Assembly: GCA_010405405.1 (NCBI GenBank)
Contig: MU004245.1
Coordinates: 437,256 to 501,255 of the forward strand
Direction of reading: 5' to 3'
DNA: 64,000 bases
Source of the DNA: Microthyrium microscopicum
Taxonomy: Eukaryota
The translations under genes were made by a program, and so were the position numbers. The notes under the pieces were generated by a model. The model ran no database searches and was not told where the DNA came from. It was given only the letters and a program-made list of their open reading frames with translations. Each line of letters starts with the position of its first letter. The first letter of the stretch is position 1. Below are positions 49,360 through 62,142 of the stretch, piece by piece.

Positions 49360-50480
49360 TCATGCGCCGATATACCAGATTTCGACGCCGAGAACATCGA
49401 ATTTTGTGCCTTCATCGCTTAGAGGCTCGTTGCCAAATGTTACACAGCGGGATGAGACGCCTGTTTCTAGGTTGTCGTCGAGCCATAGACCGTAGTGTCC
49501 ATCGCTGGAGTATGTCAGTAATTGGATATTGAATGGAATTGGGGAGAATGTTACCCTCCACCGACACTGAGAAAGCCGCTCTCGCAGAACATTAGGTAGT
49601 CGTTGATCCCACTGTAGGGAAACGCCTTGAACCGTATCCGATCCGGTGAGTGTGACCCATCGCCATGCTGCCCACTCAACGTCGTCATCCGGCTCATATC
49701 TGTTGTGTCTGCACTAGGCGGTAAGGGGAGTGACGACATGTCTGGTATAGGTGGGAGAATATGTGCACGCCAGAGAAAACATTCGCCTGTGCCGAAGAAA
49801 TGAGGAGCCGGATGTGGTGCCTCTGTCAGGAACGCGCCAAAGATCTATCGCGCTCTGTTAGTTCTTTCGGTCCTCCTCGGTAGTTGAAGTTTGCTTACTC
49901 CACCGCCAGCGTCCTTAACGACTAGCACAAATCCTCCGCGCGTACCCCGGTATTCTTCGCATTTTTTGTATAATGTCGCGAGACTTACACCATCTTGTTC
50001 GAGTGAGAAGACGAGTGACCACTGCTCTACGAGTTGTAGCCGCGGTGGTATTAAGAGCCGTATTTCTTCAGCCAGTGAGCGACTAAGTATCTTGGCTTCG
50101 TCTGTGGTATTGCTTCGATATCCCGTGAGTGTTAGAGGTGTAAGCGGCGGCGGTTGAAACGGAGACGCTGTGCGTGCCGGCGCAGGCGTGTAGCTCGAAT
50201 GTGAAAGACTGTCCTTTTTCCGCTGCGAGTTGTGCGGCCAGTGCATGGAGGAGGAGAGGGATTTGGACATGTTGGATGGTGTAGACTGGCCACTCGCAGA
50301 AGGGGTGTCGCCGGATAGACGGCGGAGTAGACCGTTGACGGAGTAGGTGACGGGAAAGGTGAAGTAGGAGGAGCCGGAGGCGGTCGTTTCTGAGGTTCGG
50401 GAGGTAGAGGAGGAGCGAGAGCTGCGGCGGAGAGAGGGTGGTGAGTGTGAGCGGGTGGGTGAAGAAGATGGAGTTGGCAT
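49360..50480 (-). CDS. OXR1: Oxidation resistance protein 1 (TLDc domain), 3 exons
   Basis: LAEEIRLLIPPRLQL..WSLVFSLEQDGVSLATLY, IFGAFLTEAPHP..FFGTGECFLW, RFKAFPYSGINDY..GFLSVGGG|DGHYGLWLDD..TFGNEPLSDEGTKFDVLGVEIW. Confidence 0.95.
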
Positions 50481-50918
50481 GTTGTCGGTGGTCCTGTGCG
50501 GAATGATTTGCGGGATGGCGGTCGGTGACGTGGGCGTTATTACCGGGTTTTTGGGGTTATATTAACTGCTGGTTGATTTGCTGATTTGGCTTGAGGGCTT
50601 GAAGGAATATGGAGAGTGTTGAAAGATAAATGGCCATGATTTGTGATGGTTATACGGAATAATCTTGTCAAGATGTCAATGCACCAGGCCATATGGAGTT
50701 GGTGTTGTGTGACGTGAGGCTCTTGCCAACATTGAACCTCATCCTTCTCAACCTCCATCCCTCCTATCTTCTTCCATCTCACTCAACCCGCAGGCTTTTA
50801 TTTTGATATCGCAGCCGCTCGTGCAATTGTAGATAGCACAGTTCAAGAGCGACAAGATATTGAATGTTGGAGATTCTTGGGACTCAGCTATATACGGCGC
50901 GCCAAAAGCCAAGTTGTC

Positions 50919-51717
50919 TCAACCGTGTAGCCATTCCTTCATCCATGCAACCTGCGCGTTCTTGCCTCGGATCATGGCCCTCTTCTCTACCCCATCGTCT
51001 GGATTTCCTCTGGTTGCAAATGCGTGCTCCACCCCAGGAAAGTACTGTTAATCATACGGCACGTCTTTCGTTGGAATGACAGCGTTAGCATACGCCTTCA
51101 GCTCTGGAGTAAATGCTGGATCGACCTCTGGTGCCAAAATCTGGACTGGAACGCCAATATTGTCAATCTCCTCCTTTGTCAGCCAGGTTGGATGTGCTGT
51201 AGAGATGCATTCGACCAAGCGTGGCGAATATTCCTTGGAACCCAATCGGAAGTTCGACCATCCACCATAGCAGTATCCGATGATCCCAATGCACTTGTAT
51301 TGGGAGCGCAACGCTTGTACACAAGCTAGGAGTTCTGGCCAACGAACTTCTTTGGAGTTGTCTTTGTGGAATTTGTCGAGGTCTAGTTCGCCAAAGCGAG
51401 AATAGTCGCGGACGATTTCAGTTGGCATAACTACACCGCCAAAGCTTTGGTTGAGGTTAGAAGTGATGTCCTGCTATGAGAAGTCGACATTCCACTTACA
51501 AGTCTGGCATGTAAACCGTTGCGTTCACTTCTTTTGCGTAATAGTCGGAGAGAAGACGCTCATTCACGAATGTCCATCCGAAGAGATCAGGAATGACCAT
51601 GATCGCCACATCTGCATTTGACCCAACAACATAGGCTTTGTTGTTGGCCAAAGTAGATTCCTTGCCAATGGGTGTTCCATCCCATTGGAAGCCTCGTAGA
51701 CAACATTCTGATGCCAT
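50919..51717 (-). pseudogene. Dienelactone hydrolase family gene with a premature stop codon
   Basis: MASECCLRGFQWDGTP..DLFGW..VYMPDF|FGG and nucleophile GYCYGG. An in-frame TAA at 51048-51050 interrupts VPYD*QYFPGVEHAFATRG..WMKEWLHG*, upstream of the catalytic His. Confidence 0.88.
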
Positions 51718-52210
51718 TGCTGCTTTGCCCAAAGTCACAGTTCAAAAATAGGTTGACGAGAAGAGTGTAACAGAGTATACTTGCTGCTATGAGGCGAATA
51801 ACGAGGACTGGAAAAGGTGCCAACTTATATCCGGATCAAAACTTCGGATTGATACTTCGGAATGATACTTCCGATTGATGCTTCGTATTTCCAACGATTT
51901 TGACAGCATCCCATCACCAACATGCTGATCTCTTCCTGCTTGACTAGCAATACTTGCCATAACGCTGCAGCAAGGGCTCAGCTTTTGCACTAAAAGCAGC
52001 CACATGCCGACGCATATGCAGCTACTAACACCCAAATCCAATGTCGCAACTTCATTGTATCGACCGCCCGTCTCCAATACGTCGTATAGCTCATTGCTCA
52101 GCGTGGATTTAGCGGTTTGTAAGCTACTCGACTAGTGTTGCACCCCAGGTATCTAAGTCATGGAAAGCATCTCACACCAGCTGTAACCAACCTTAAAGCC
52201 TCCATAGCAA

Positions 52211-54077
52211 ATGTCGATGGCGGCTGAGGGCGGTAGGCTTCGTATGAACCAAACCAAGGCCGCGCTGGTATGCTTGCTATGCAAGACTAGAAAGAAAAAT
52301 TACGACAAGATTTTGCCAACGTGCAGATATTGTACTGAGCCCGTCAGATCTGCCGATACTCATTGAGCATGAAATCCTTACCATCGATCTAGGAAAAAGT
52401 TGCAGTGTGTTAATGCTCGAGGGTCGGTGAGACCATCGCTTACTGACCCGAAAACCTCGTTTTATGGCTCGGTATTGTCTGCCAAGTTGCCTTTTGAGCT
52501 GCCAACGGCGGAGGCTAACAGGTCCGTTCCGCTTCACAATGGCCAAAGAGACCAATCTATCGATTCCTCCCATCCAATATCCTCGCTCGTTTCAGTGCTC
52601 AAGTTCATAATGAAATAATCGCCTAATCAGATCTCAGACAACGAATATATGTCGAAGTCCAGAGTATCATCCGAGAAACTAAACAGTTCGTCGACGATGT
52701 CACTGCACGATATTTCCAAAACTTTCACCGCCATCTGCCTGTAATTCCGCGTACCAGGTTCTCAAGTAATCTGGACGCCTCAGGAGGATCCCAGCGGCCG
52801 ACATCTCCGTCTTGCTTCTGACCATCTGCCTCGTCACTCATGCTCCTTCTCGGGGGTATATGCGGGATACTGAAGCTACGATGCCTAGGGAGCAGGGATC
52901 AATCTACCTTAAATCACGGGCTCTATTGTCTCAGGTCCAATTGTCTCATGCGAAAGCGATTCTCCTAATACAGGCTGCTCTTCTGCTGGATGTGTATGAG
53001 TACACGCATGGCCGACCGGATGATGCGTTCATTACAATTACTACCGTAGTGCGCATGGTATATGCTGCTGGCATCCCTGTTGGTGTTTACCGTCGAATGG
53101 AGACATCACAGAGCGTCGAGCCCCCTACAAATACTGCATTGCTGCTGGAGGCCGGGGAAGCTTCCAATACATGGTGGGCAATAGTCATTTACGAGCGGTA
53201 CTTTTCTGTAACAGATCTCATATCTACCAAATCTAGAATGGCGCTCATGCCATATCTGACAATAGCATCACATTCAGCGAAGTATCAGTCCCTGATCAAC
53301 CACTACTCACGGTCTTCCCTGATGGTAACGTTCGACTACCCACCGAACAGCAGCTTCTTGACCAGCTGGATGTTTTGACCCAAAATCTCTATCGAATATT
53401 CCTCTGTCCTGTTTGACCTCTTCAAAAATCGGTGGATTCAGCCGCCCAACACAGGCGACTAGCCTCTTAGACCAAGCGCTCAAAAGCTTTATTGTTCAAG
53501 ACATTGATTCCAAACACCTTCTCTTAGACCGTCTAGACACAAGCCTCCAATCTTTCTATCAACAGTCATGCCCCAATGCCAAGGACAAAATGGGACATTC
53601 TGCTCCGCCATAAAAATAATCATCCGGTTGGACCATACTATTTTCCCTCCCTATTTGCGTACAGCCATGACTCGTGACATTTTCACGCACATCTTCTGAC
53701 TTTCAATGAACAGAGCGCTATTCGCACTCCATCAGCACATTCTCGACCAGCAGTCAGAAAGCGTGAGAGCCAAGTTCCAGACAATGGAGGAGTGGCATGA
53801 GAGATCCCGAGAGGCACTTGACACTGTTTCTAGAATCGTCATCGCTATTGCTGGGAATCTTGTTACTGTGTCGCCGGCAAACTCAGGGATGCAGATGATT
53901 GATAATATGCCGCCGATGTATCCTTACATTGCTCGCGTAGCGATCAGGCATATTCGTGATCGAGTAAAGACGGGGTCTGGGAGCTGGTCGGCGAGTGCGC
54001 GTGAGGCGCTGGAGAGGTCTATTAATACGTATTTTGAACGATGGGATGTCAGCCAGGGCTTGAGAAATACCTGGTAG
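52211..54077 (+). pseudogene. Degenerate Zn(II)2Cys6 fungal transcription factor
   Basis: CLLCKTRKKNYDKILPTCRYC..LQC has Tyr (TAC 52301) at the third Cys position. Middle-homology motifs RYFQNFHRHLPVI, LIQAALLLDVYEYTHG and NTWWAIVIYER lie in different frames, with frameshifts at about 52790, 53390 and 53555. Confidence 0.82.
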
Positions 54078-54281
54078 GCAACCAAGATCGGTATGTTACA
54101 TTGTGGTCCTATGATAGGTGCAAATAGCGTGCGTAGTGCTCGTATTCAATATCTCCAACTACATTGTTGTATTTGTAGCGTACACACGCAGGAATTGACT
54201 AGCTATACGGCAAAGCAGTCATGAAGGTCATTGCTATGCCGATCTTAGGCTCCGCTAGCGAGCCATTCAAATCTTTGCGTC

Positions 54282-55314
54282 CTACTCTTCCCCAGTCCGC
54301 ATGTTCCGAGCAGGAACGAGGTCAGGTCGAGCATGCGCCTTGACCTCAGCATTACAACCCCCGCAGTAGAACAATCTGCTAAGCGTTCTCATACGATCAC
54401 TTTCCCCCGTTCGGTCCTCTCGACACTCGACGCAGTACTTTGGCTGAGCATTGACAAACCACTGTTGATCCATCTTCCACCAGACGTTACTGAAGAGTTT
54501 GCCTGCGAAGTTTGTTGTAGATGGTGTCATGAGAAGCTGGTTGAAGGCTGGGCGAGTCATCAAGACCGGAAGAAAGCGCTGGCTAAGCTTGATCAAGGTG
54601 TCGAAGAGGATCTGGTCGACGTCGCCGATGTTGTTGATGGCGTACTCTGTGGCTTCAATGAATTTGTCTATAGACGGAATTGCGTATGGGACTTCGTCCG
54701 AGGGATCTGAGAGGCCCATTCTTTCATAATTTTCGTTTTCTGTGAGGCGTTCGAATTGTTCCAGAGCGCAGGCTTTCATTTTCGGAAGCACAAAGAAATC
54801 AGCCAAGCAATATAGTTCTAGCAGAACAATGAGGCCATTGTCCTGATCGAGGCCGACAATCTGCGTCGATAGAGTTTCGTACTTCGCGCCGTATATCCAG
54901 AGCAGAGCTTCGTTAAGGATGACTGGGTCTTCGTCTCGGATGACTAACTTGGATTCTCCGGCCTCCTAAAAGTATACTTGAGCTTATCGTTCGTATGAAG
55001 CAACTCCCAAGTAACAAACCTTGAAGTTTCCCATAAGTGCTTTGCGAAACCAGATCGAGGCAGAGCACAGAACAACGCGATGCGCTTTCCATGTTCTCTC
55101 TCCGCATTCGATCACGACATCAGAGAAAGTTTCTGTGTCGAGATAACTATGTGCAGTCAGCGCATATTCGCAAGATAGGTCACGCTTTCCGAAGCCTTCA
55201 TCAAGGCTTTCGATGATGCTGGATGTATCACCAAGCCATGAGTTAGAAGGCGAGGGAAGAGCCCCGAAAATCTTACCTCTTCAACATTCCTACATCGTTG
55301 TCCCGTGAATCCAT
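54282..55314 (-). CDS. BTB/POZ domain protein, 3 exons
   Basis: MDSRDNDVGMLK|..YLDTETFSDVVIECGERTWKAHRVVLCSASIWFRKALMGNFK|EAGESKLVIRDEDPVILNEALLWIYG..LYCLADFFVLP, with C-terminal CVEC..CGGC. Confidence 0.88.
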
Positions 55315-56452
55315 GATTGCAAAATGTTAACTGTGGGGATATCAGAATTCGAGAACGAAGTAATTGATGCTGCGCTGAACTGCAGATTTAGTAGTAGTTA
55401 AGGTAAGACGCTGAAAAGAATCGGAGGTGGTGAAATTTCAGACGGTGGTAAAGTGACTTGGCGCACAGAGGAATGAAAAGCTCTGACGAGACTACTCACT
55501 TTTTGAGGTGAGTTTCCAATTGGGAAGTCGTTGACCATGAATTCGGGTCGCAACTTCCTTTAGGGAAGGCTTAGTGGAAGGAGCTGGGCTCACCTCGCAC
55601 CTGCACCGATACCCAGCTCCACCTTGATCCTTACTGATAATATATAGGGCGCAAAAGGGAATTTCCTGTAGTACGTATCAGCGAGTGCCTATCCCCGCGA
55701 ATGGTTGCTCCTCATAAGCGCATAAGCATATACGGATCGGAATCGTCATATGGTACACCGTCCGCATGGGGCTTTTCAAGGTGACTGAAGATAGATTGCA
55801 GATGACTCTCCAAGATATGATCTTATCACATTCTTCCATCCACTAATATATACTTATGCGGTGCTTGCTTTCAGTCATGTTCCCGCGATTTGACTCTTGC
55901 TATTTCTCTCATCAGCAGATAACATGTTTGCCTATATTCATAATGGCCTGTAACAGTAACCCCGGCATGGAGAGAAATTGGCGAGAAGAGAATTTGTCAT
56001 TACATAATCGATACATGTATTCATACGCGGTGAATAATGCCTTCAAGCCTTGTCATTTTGCCTTTCAATGCACGGAGGTTAGGGTCACGTAAACGTTGCG
56101 TTCATTTCTTTCCCAAGAAAAACCTGCTGTTTGAATGTTTCTGATTATAATTGTCTCGCATACAAGGGTTGGCTACCTGACTACGTAGGTGCCCAACTCA
56201 TGAGATGTTATGCTTCCACGATTTGTCTTGACACAACCAAGCCAAAGTTTAGACACACTGTCGAATTCATGCAACAGTGGGGTCACACACAATGCCAACC
56301 TGATCATGACATCAAACAATTGCAGGCACAATCTAGACCCTTGTTATCAACGACTCTCACCCTGCTTTTTCTGTCAATATTGGCGGTCAAGCTTGCCAGA
56401 AAATGGTACAACAGGCCGAATTCCACTGCTCAAGCAAAACAGACAGGACGTA

Positions 56453-57503
56453 TCAACTGGATGACTCGTTCGCGTTGTCGGTTGTGCGTGGGCGATAGCG
56501 TTCTCCGAAAAGTCGAACTCGAGCTGATGATCTACAGCTATCGCAATAGAGCATGCGACTCACGCTGGGAAATTCTGTCTCGAGGTCGGAGTTCTCTTTG
56601 TAGTTGTTGTTTTGTTGACAAGACTGGCATCTATGGGGACCATGATCAAACGGATCCGTATAGCCTACACCGCCGTGCCAGAAGAGATCGCTCAAAATCT
56701 GAGCAGAAAGGCGGCTAGCATGTCCTTGCTTAAGCATGTCGAGGAAGGAAGAATAGCCCATGAGCTCTGCAAGGTTAATTTTGATGTGATAGAGATATTG
56801 ACCTGTCAGATAGTGATCAAAGCCACACACCTGAAGCGAACGTGATGTCGCTTCGATCAATGCTTGAAGTTGGTCGTCATGGCCGTGAAAGATGTAGGAA
56901 TCTCTGAAGTTGTATCCAATGTCATCTTCTATTGGCCCTAGGAGCGCATCCTCCATTTCCGCGACTTGTAGGTATTCAGCGGTAGCAACTAGATCGGCTA
57001 GGATAACACCAAAGTTTCTAGTGCCATAATCTGGAGAGTGTTCTGCAAGTCGTTAGCATAAGATTGCCACTGTAGCCAGACGCAAATAGTAAAAACCGAA
57101 CGTGCCGGATGGCAAACAGAGAATTTGAAAACGCTTAGGAGGCGCATCTTACCGAGACCTCTACCCTCCCGTAGAATGTCTTCAGAGTCGTACATCCATT
57201 TCAGAACTCGGTTGACAGCAGCGGGCTTCAGGTCTTCCATTTCGATGGAGCTTTTGTTCAGATTCTGGAAGAGGGATAAGATTAGCTCAGTAAAGACTTG
57301 GTCGATTGTGCACCTTACTGCTGCAGAGCCGGTAAGTTGCTCACGGAAGTATCCAGAGTGCGCGCATAGAATAACCTTGTGAACCGGCCAAGATCGACTT
57401 CCACATCGCAGCGTGATGTCGCTGAGCTCGCCGCTCTCAAAGAACCTGTTTGTTGTCAGTGTGAGAAGGAGTCCCATGCTCACTTGTAGAGCCTTACTGC
57501 CAT
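56453..57503 (-). CDS. BTB/POZ domain protein, multi-exon
   Basis: MAVRLYK|FFESGELSDITLRCGSRSWPVHKVILCAHSGYFREQL..IEMEDLKPAAVNRVLKWMY..ATAEYLQVAEMEDALL, with C-terminal CQSC..YCDSC. Confidence 0.82.
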
Positions 57504-58596
57504 TTGCCGGTGCTTTTGTCACTAGCAAGCAGTGATACTGCTTCGGCGCTTAGGTAGGTTGACATTGAAGAAAAGAAGCGAAGAAGCTGATGAAGAACTA
57601 AAGTAGCGCACGCGGTGGTGCAGTCGTCGGGCTTTTGAATGTTGTAGGAATAGCCGGTATGTCGATTTCTCGTGGTCTCTTGGTGCTGAAGGAATTTAAG
57701 AAAGCTGAGTATGGCGAAGTCGTAGTCACAGAAGAGGGGCAGGCAGGCAAAAGACGCGGTGACGAATTGGGCGTGTAGGAAGTAGTTGCTGCCCAGATAT
57801 CGCGTCGTTTTGGTTAGGAAGGTAATTGGCTAACCATAATAAGACAACGGTCTGTTCGGGCTACAGATGTTCCCATCTAATGTCTAAAGTTACGATCATT
57901 GGAAGTCAACATCTGACCATCAGAGCATAACCTGCACAAAATTTACAACGTGGCCTAAGGTTCTTGGTCATAGATACTGAAACGGTAACGGCGGGTGAGG
58001 CCTAGCGAGGCATATATTCTTACAAAGTGAGAATTTATGAGGCATCGCAAGTGTCCTAGATTATTTGACGTAGATAGGCAGCAAGCTCGATCCACGAATG
58101 CTCCTCGCAATATTACTAGCGCATTAATAGTTCAATTCATCCAATGCGGTGAACTAACAAGGCAAACATTAAATGATCAGGTCGCCACGACTGACATTTC
58201 TCATCAGCTCACAGTCTCGGCAGGCTGAGACCCTCTATCCTTCTATTGAGCATTTCCGTTATGATCTAGCGCAAAGAACACTGAGAAATTCATCATGCGT
58301 GAGAGGAAGCAAAACACATGCTCTGACCCAATAGACGGCGAGCAGCAGTCTGTTGATCTTGTCCATTGTATTTCGTTGTAGTCTCACAGTCCTAAGAGTT
58401 GCAGACGTGTAGTTAAAAATGTGACAGGGTTCATGGATAAAGGAAGTCGAAGCAAGCTTTCGGCCCGAAAAAGAGCAATTCGGCAAGGTTGCGGACCGAG
58501 GAACAATCCCAAGCTTCAAAATCTCGCGACGGTCAATCTCCATGTTGAGAACATCATATCCATCTGGCAACCAATTGACCTTCCTCAGCGGCCGAA

Positions 58597-60749
58597 ATGC
58601 TGCGTTCCTCCCTGCTCCGAGCCTCTCGCCCCAATTTTCGGGCGATTGAGCTGCGAAACCGACCAGATCTGGTCCAGGGATATATTATAGCTTCTTTCGC
58701 ATCTGGTCGAGTATGATTTCACCCCAGCTCCTCAAATCCAGCGCAACAGCTTGACGAGTATCTGTCAAATCAATTGAAATGAGCTGACCTGTCAACATAG
58801 AGACTCTATTCGGGGAAGAAGCCAGACGAGACTATTCTTCCAGGATCACAATCAGCACAGCAAGCTGCCAAAGTACCTTCTCCTCCAGAGCTTGTCGCCT
58901 CGATAACTCCAAATCAAAAACCTCCGCCTCCTCAAAGTGTTCCAAAAGTCCCTACTTCTCCACAAGAATTAGCGCCGGTGGCATCTGCAGGAACTACACC
59001 CAATCCTGCTTCTCCCACGCCTACTCTGGGAACCGGAACCGCGCAGGTTGCACCACCACCCGTTCCTCCAAAGAAGAAGAGTCGCTTTTTCCGCTACTTG
59101 CTCAATCTTATAATCTTAAGCACCTTAACATACGGAATTGGCGTGTACTACGCACTCACTTCAGACAACTGGCATGATTTCTTCACTGAATATGTGCCAT
59201 TCGGTGAGGAAGCTGTAGCATATTTTGAAGAGCGAGAATTTCGGCGCAGGTTCCTCAATCGCCCGCAGCAAGAGTCTAGACTACATCCTCAAGTTCGCGG
59301 AGAGGCGAAGGTCACAATTCCTGGCCGTGCCGGCGTAGAAGTCAAGAAGGTTGAGGAAGCCGATTTAGCATCCAAGGGCCGTCACACTAGCGCAGTGGAG
59401 CCACACCCTCAAACCGTTGGTGCCCAGCAGAAAGACAGAGAGATCAGCAAGCCGACAGAATCAAGCACGCATCAACTCCTTCCAAAGGATTCCAAGCCTG
59501 CGCCTAAGGAGCAACCCAAGCCAACAGCTTCAAAATCTGCCGCCGAACCTGCCACCACACCTGCAAAAGTTCAACCTGTTGAGCATATTGATAATTTGCA
59601 AATTGCCCAGGCTTCTGAGCCTGTTGTCCAGGACATAGTCAAGATACTCAATGACCTCATCACCGTCGTCAATGCCGACAATGCCGGAAACAAATACGGC
59701 TCTGCCATCGACAAGGCAAAGGGCGGACTCTCCAAAGTTGTTTCTGATCTAGAAATTCTTAAGCAATCGCAAAAGAAGCAAGCCGATGAACAGGTCAAGG
59801 GTCTTCACGAAGAATTTGACAAGGCTGCAAAGGAATTGCTTCGCAGATCAGAAGAACACGTACAAGAAATGGAAATTCGCTGGCGAGAGGAGTACGAAAA
59901 TGAACGGTCCAGCATGGCCAAGCAACTCGAATCCAAGCTAGACGCCGAACTCTCCACTGCCAAACAAGTCTACGATCAAATGCTTGAGAATGAACTCTTG
60001 AAGCAATCAATCGCGTTGCGCAAGAACTTCGCCAAGTCTGTTCAAGATACTGTCGAAGCTGAGCGAGATGGCCGTTTGAGTAAACTTGATGAGCTAAGCT
60101 CTAATGTTTCAGAGCTGCAGCGCTTGACTGGCGAATGGAACTCGGTCGTCGACTCTACCATGCACACTCAACATCTCCTCGTCGCTGTTGAGGCCGTGCG
60201 AGCAAACCTTGAAACAGCAGATCGTCCTCGCCCATTTATCTCCGAACTTGCAGCACTGAAAGAGGTGGCCGCTGAAAATCCACTTGTCAATGCCGCAATC
60301 GCCTCCATTAATCCCACTGCTTACCAAAAAGGCATTCAAGCTCCAGGCCAACTGATTGATAGATTCCGCCGAGTGTCATCAGAAGTCCGCAAGGCTGCTC
60401 TTCTTCCCGACAACGCTGGCGTCACTAGTCACGCGGCATCTTATCTCCTCAGTAAGGTCATGTTCAAGAAGGGTGGACTTCCAGTTGGTGATGACGTAGA
60501 GAGCATTCTCACTCGGGCCGAGGCACTTCTTGAGGAGGGCAATCTCGAACAAGCTGTTCGTGAGGTCAACTCTCTCACTGGATGGGCCAAGACTCTCAGT
60601 CGAGATTGGCTTGGGGAGTGTAGACGAGTTCTAGAGGTACAGCAGGCGCTCGATGTAAGTCTAGTCACATCCATTCGAACTTCACGGTTGCTAATCGGTG
60701 ACAGGTCATTTCAACGGAAGCTCGGCTGCGTAGTTTACTTGTAGAATAA
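58597..60749 (+). CDS. MIC60: MICOS complex subunit Mic60 (mitofilin/Fcj1), 3 exons
   Basis: Presequence MLRSSLLRASRP, TM followed by SDNWHDFFTEYVPFGEE, coiled coil, and mitofilin domain LIDRFRRVSSEVRKAALLP..GDDVESILTRAE..VNSLTGWAKTLSRDWL. Last exon VISTEARLRSLLVE*. Confidence 0.96.
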
Positions 60750-61230
60750 AACGGCTGGCTTCAAAGACGGGAGTTTGGCGATGTCCATTGTAAGCTATAA
60801 TTCAGTCTTGCTTGGTGAGCGCTTAGATACTTGTTTATGTAGATTTTGATATCGACCTCCTACGACTTCGCCCACCTCGCTTGTTTAGCCACATGGCTTC
60901 TATATCATAAATCTTGGAATGCTCAGGTCCGTTGTGCAGGTAGGTGATGTTTAAGGCAAGTGACATTTGAGGCAAGCGCCCTTACCATCTTGGGCAAGCA
61001 CGCTCTTTCACCTGCCTATGTTTCACTGAACAGAGCCATAAAATTGTATCGTTCTTTGCTAGAGGTCCTGCGTAGACGTGTTTCCATCCTCTGCCACCAT
61101 CGCACTCTCTACCATCTTCCCACAAGCGATCAGAAAAAAATAGACAAGCCGTTGCCAACAACTCAAAGCTCTCAGCGCCTCCCGCTGCCTCCCATCAAGA
61201 TACCGGCCAACGCAGCAGCGCAACGAAGAA

Positions 61231-62142
61231 ATGGATAGCACTAACACCACCTGGCGACAAACCTATGCACGACAAGAACGCACACGCCCCTGCTTCAATC
61301 TTGATGACTGCAACTTGGGGACAGCCTGCCCACTCGACGCTGGACAATTTGCCGGCCAGTCGCAGAGCTCGCTTGGCCAGCTCGCTCGGTTCCCACTTGA
61401 AACTCTGACGGAAATTCTCCTTGGCTTAGACATTCCTACCCTGATTGCGTTTCGACAGGTGAATCGATATGCAATGAGCGCCGTTGACTCCCTCCCGCCT
61501 TATCGCAAATTACGACAACAATGCCCGAACATCCTGCGCGCCGCACTTTGCGTACAGGCAAGAGGTTACGACCTGCGGACTCTTGAGGAGACTCTCCAAA
61601 CTTCCAAATGTTCCCAATGTTCTGAATTCGGCGACTATCTGTACATGATAACCTGCCGTCGGATATGCTACCCATGCTTCGACGACTACGCAAATCGCGA
61701 ATACTACACACCCATTCATCAGGCACATGTCTTGCGATGTGGGATCTCCAAAAAAGATCTGAAACATCTTCCAAGTATTCAAAGCCTTCCAGGCTGGTAC
61801 GGCGATTATGAATACAACAACTACACATATTTCCACACTAGACGATATAGGCTATTCGATCGCACCGCTTGCAGCTCAGCACCGAACTGGAGCCATTCAA
61901 AGCACCTCTCCGCAAAGGAAAGCGACAATCTCACCAAAATCAAGAGATATAGTTGCATTATCTCAGCACCATACCTTGGATTAGGAAACAAGGCCGATTG
62001 GGGTGCAAGCTGTGCTGGATGCCGTCAATCGGAAGTACTTTACACCGAAGAGGGACTACATGATCACTTCGAGAAGTTAGGCCCAGTTGGCCGGGGAACT
62101 AACAACTGGCCCTGCCATATCTCGCCCACGGTTCAAGAATGA
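61231..62142 (+). CDS. F-box domain protein with a Cys-rich segment
   Basis: SSLGQLARFPLETLTEILLGLDIPTLIAFRQVNR F-box, followed by CSQCSEFGDYLYMITCRRICYPC. Confidence 0.88.
   Translation: MDSTNTTWRQTYARQERTRPCFNLDDCNLGTACPLDAGQFAGQSQSSLGQLARFPLETLTEILLGLDIPTLIAFRQVNRYAMSAVDSLPPYRKLRQQCPNILRAALCVQARGYDLRTLEETLQTSKCSQCSEFGDYLYMITCRRICYPCFDDYANREYYTPIHQAHVLRCGISKKDLKHLPSIQSLPGWYGDYEYNNYTYFHTRRYRLFDRTACSSAPNWSHSKHLSAKESDNLTKIKRYSCIISAPYLGLGNKADWGASCAGCRQSEVLYTEEGLHDHFEKLGPVGRGTNNWPCHISPTVQE

Noticed and set aside
55483..55520. CTGACGA followed by a stem-loop as a hammerhead ribozyme core
   Set aside because: The required GAAA after stem II is absent (the sequence reads CAAT) and no stem I/III closure is evident.
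56131..56718. 195-aa plus-strand ORF
   Set aside because: Non-ATG start, overlaps the 3' exon of the minus-strand BTB gene, and has no recognisable domain.
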